Made by a program: the position numbers and the translations under genes. DNA of 64,000 nucleotides from Verrucomicrobiota bacterium (GTDB taxonomy: Bacteria; Verrucomicrobiota; Verrucomicrobiia; Opitutales; Seribacteraceae): the NCBI GenBank assembly GCA_027622665.1, contig JAQBYT010000001.1, positions 128,001 through 192,000 on the forward strand, given 5' to 3'. Below are positions 62,300-64,000 of this stretch, one piece after another. The notes beneath the pieces are model-generated. The model did not search any database. It saw nothing but the letters and a program-made list of their open reading frames with translations, and was not told where the DNA came from. Each line of letters opens with the position of its first letter. Positions within the stretch are counted from its first letter, which is position 1.

Positions 62300-63748
62300 T
62301 CAGTTGGGAGCATTGCCACGGTTCCGGTCTTGCTCCATTTTCTGCTTAATCCAATTGGCCAAAGTGCTGCTTCCCCTGCCATAACCTCCTGGCAGCGGAC
62401 GAAGGTCGCGGGTCTGCCGAAGGGGCGGTTTGCCCCAATGCTTAGGATAAGGTTTTTTAGCGCCGGGCTTAATGGGACGTGGACGAATGGGACGAAGTTT
62501 GTCCGGAGGTTTCTTACCCCCAGTGCGACCAAAGATCATATCGTAAACCTCGCGAGGTTGTCGACGTTGGCCCGTGTTTTCATTGAACCAAGGACTGCCA
62601 CCGGTAAATACCATGCCGGGAGGAATCTTCTTTCCGCCCGCCAACCATTTATCGTAGGTCGGAACACCAGTTTTACCACTTTTCAAGTCGGCCAATTGCT
62701 TTTCCAAGTCACTCAGCTCAGCGAGGAATTTCCTGTGTCCCTCGGGGGTAAAGCGGGCTCTCTTCGCAAAATCCTTCATCTTGGCAATCTTTTGCTCAAG
62801 CGCTTGAATTTTCTTTTTTCTGGAACTTTTCCCCACGGTCGCCGAAGTTCCTTCCGTAACCGCTGCGTCAACCTTGATTCCTTTCGAATTGACCCGCTTT
62901 TGTAATGTGATGCTTGAAATATTGACTCCCTGGGTTGGGGCGTCGTCGGCAATCCTCGTGTCCTGAGTGTAACAGGCGAGTAGGAGTCCCTGCTTGTCGA
63001 AACGCAAACCGAGGCGCTGGAAGGGAGGAACGGGACGACCCAGAATCTCAGCGGCGTCCTTGTAAAGTTCGTCCAACGTCTTCGCCGGGTGGCCTTGCTT
63101 GTTCTTGCCTAGTTCGTTGCCCTTCTCGGTCCAGCCAGTGCCTTCTGGCTTGGCAGGTATCCGACTCGGAGCAACGGGTCTGGGGCGACCGGAGAACGAT
63201 TTGTAGCGTCGCTCCACCACTTTGTTGTTTTCCGCCACCACTTCGGTCGTGTGGCCGAAGCCCACCCAGCTACTCCATCGCTTGCTGTAGGTGTAATTCC
63301 CGCCGCATTCCTTTTTGAGAGTTTCCCAAGTGTTCAGGCTTTTTTCCAACTGGACGACCTTGGCCTTGTCCACGGGACCGCCTCCGCCTGGGCGAAAAAC
63401 AGGGGGACCAACGAGATCCGTCGCGGAAATTTCCAGTGGACGGGGTGGCGCAGGAACCGGTTGTATTTGGACGGATTGCGGTCTCGGTCCTTTTAGGATC
63501 TTGGACAGTTTATTGTTAGTGGTGGCATCGAGAACCACCAGACAATTCTGACATTTGTTTTCCTTGGAGCTGCATTTTCCGCAGAGCTTGTGGGCGGCGC
63601 TACTGGTAAAGCCCTTGCATTGGGGGCATTCGCCGATGGCTTGGATGTATGCGAGCCTGCTGCATTTTGGGCAAAATTTCGCCGCCATGGGACCAGTGAG
63701 AGTCAAGGAAAGGGCGAGCAGGGAAAACCAACGGAACTTGTTCATCAT
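62300..63748 (-). CDS. Hypothetical exported multidomain protein (four-CxxC N-terminal domain)
   Basis: Signal peptide MMNKFRWFSLLALSLTL from 63748, four CxxC motifs, Pro-rich linkers and a compact C-terminal motif. Confidence 0.75.
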   Translation of the reverse strand: MMNKFRWFSLLALSLTLTGPMAAKFCPKCSRLAYIQAIGECPQCKGFTSSAAHKLCGKCSSKENKCQNCLVVLDATTNNKLSKILKGPRPQSVQIQPVPAPPRPLEISATDLVGPPVFRPGGGGPVDKAKVVQLEKSLNTWETLKKECGGNYTYSKRWSSWVGFGHTTEVVAENNKVVERRYKSFSGRPRPVAPSRIPAKPEGTGWTEKGNELGKNKQGHPAKTLDELYKDAAEILGRPVPPFQRLGLRFDKQGLLLACYTQDTRIADDAPTQGVNISSITLQKRVNSKGIKVDAAVTEGTSATVGKSSRKKKIQALEQKIAKMKDFAKRARFTPEGHRKFLAELSDLEKQLADLKSGKTGVPTYDKWLAGGKKIPPGMVFTGGSPWFNENTGQRRQPREVYDMIFGRTGGKKPPDKLRPIRPRPIKPGAKKPYPKHWGKPPLRQTRDLRPLPGGYGRGSSTLANWIKQKMEQDRNRGNAPN

Positions 63749-64000
63749 ACGAGTGGGTTTAGTGGGTTTGCGCAAGACCTGCATTGCCACGGGGATTACT
63801 AGATGAACCTTTGGTAACATCCCATTCAAACACTGGTCAAGACCAAGGATTCAGCTGGTGATTGCACTATGATGGATTTCTTGGAACTTTCGGTTCGAGT
63901 CTTCGAGTAATCATCCTCGCTTGTGTGAGCTAGCCACTCTTCATCACCCTGGAAGCATTCGTGGCTATTCGTGGTTTCGTTCCCGTCTTTTGGCTTAGTC

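Noticed and set aside
63826..63999. Open minus-strand frame of about 57 codons entering from the right edge
   Set aside because: It could be a gene 3' end, but it has no recognisable motif and its length is compatible with chance.

Overview
Bacterial chromosome segment, most consistent with a PVC-superphylum genome, probably Verrucomicrobia (inferred from the DUF1501 and planctomycete cytochrome c/PSD1 genes, the short ATP synthase delta subunit and the gene order). The left end is an origin-type housekeeping block on the minus strand: recA-mnmE-mnmG-trmB followed by atpBEFHAGDC. Two parS-like palindromes lie inside the mnmG coding sequence. Next come a DUF1501/PSD1-cytochrome c module, moaC-mobA-moaD-moaE, a polysaccharide export locus (Wzy/O-antigen ligase, beta-barrel, short OPX, Wzc) beside a large glycine-zipper repeat protein, and pssA. 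The strongest candidate for an undescribed system is at 31.3-43.8 kb. One operon encodes a protein of twenty 36-aa helical repeats, overlapping a GAF-GAF-PAS class III adenylate cyclase, followed by two paralogous TPR proteins. Facing it are a His-rich lipoprotein, a fused double-DUF1538 membrane protein and a single-chain protein with three PII-like domains. The right end holds ferredoxin, glutaredoxin, gltBD, thrH, purM, a purine nucleoside phosphorylase, hisI and several secreted PVC-type proteins. I recognised no rRNA, tRNA, CRISPR array, transposase or prophage genes. All family assignments come from motif recognition by eye, not from database searches.
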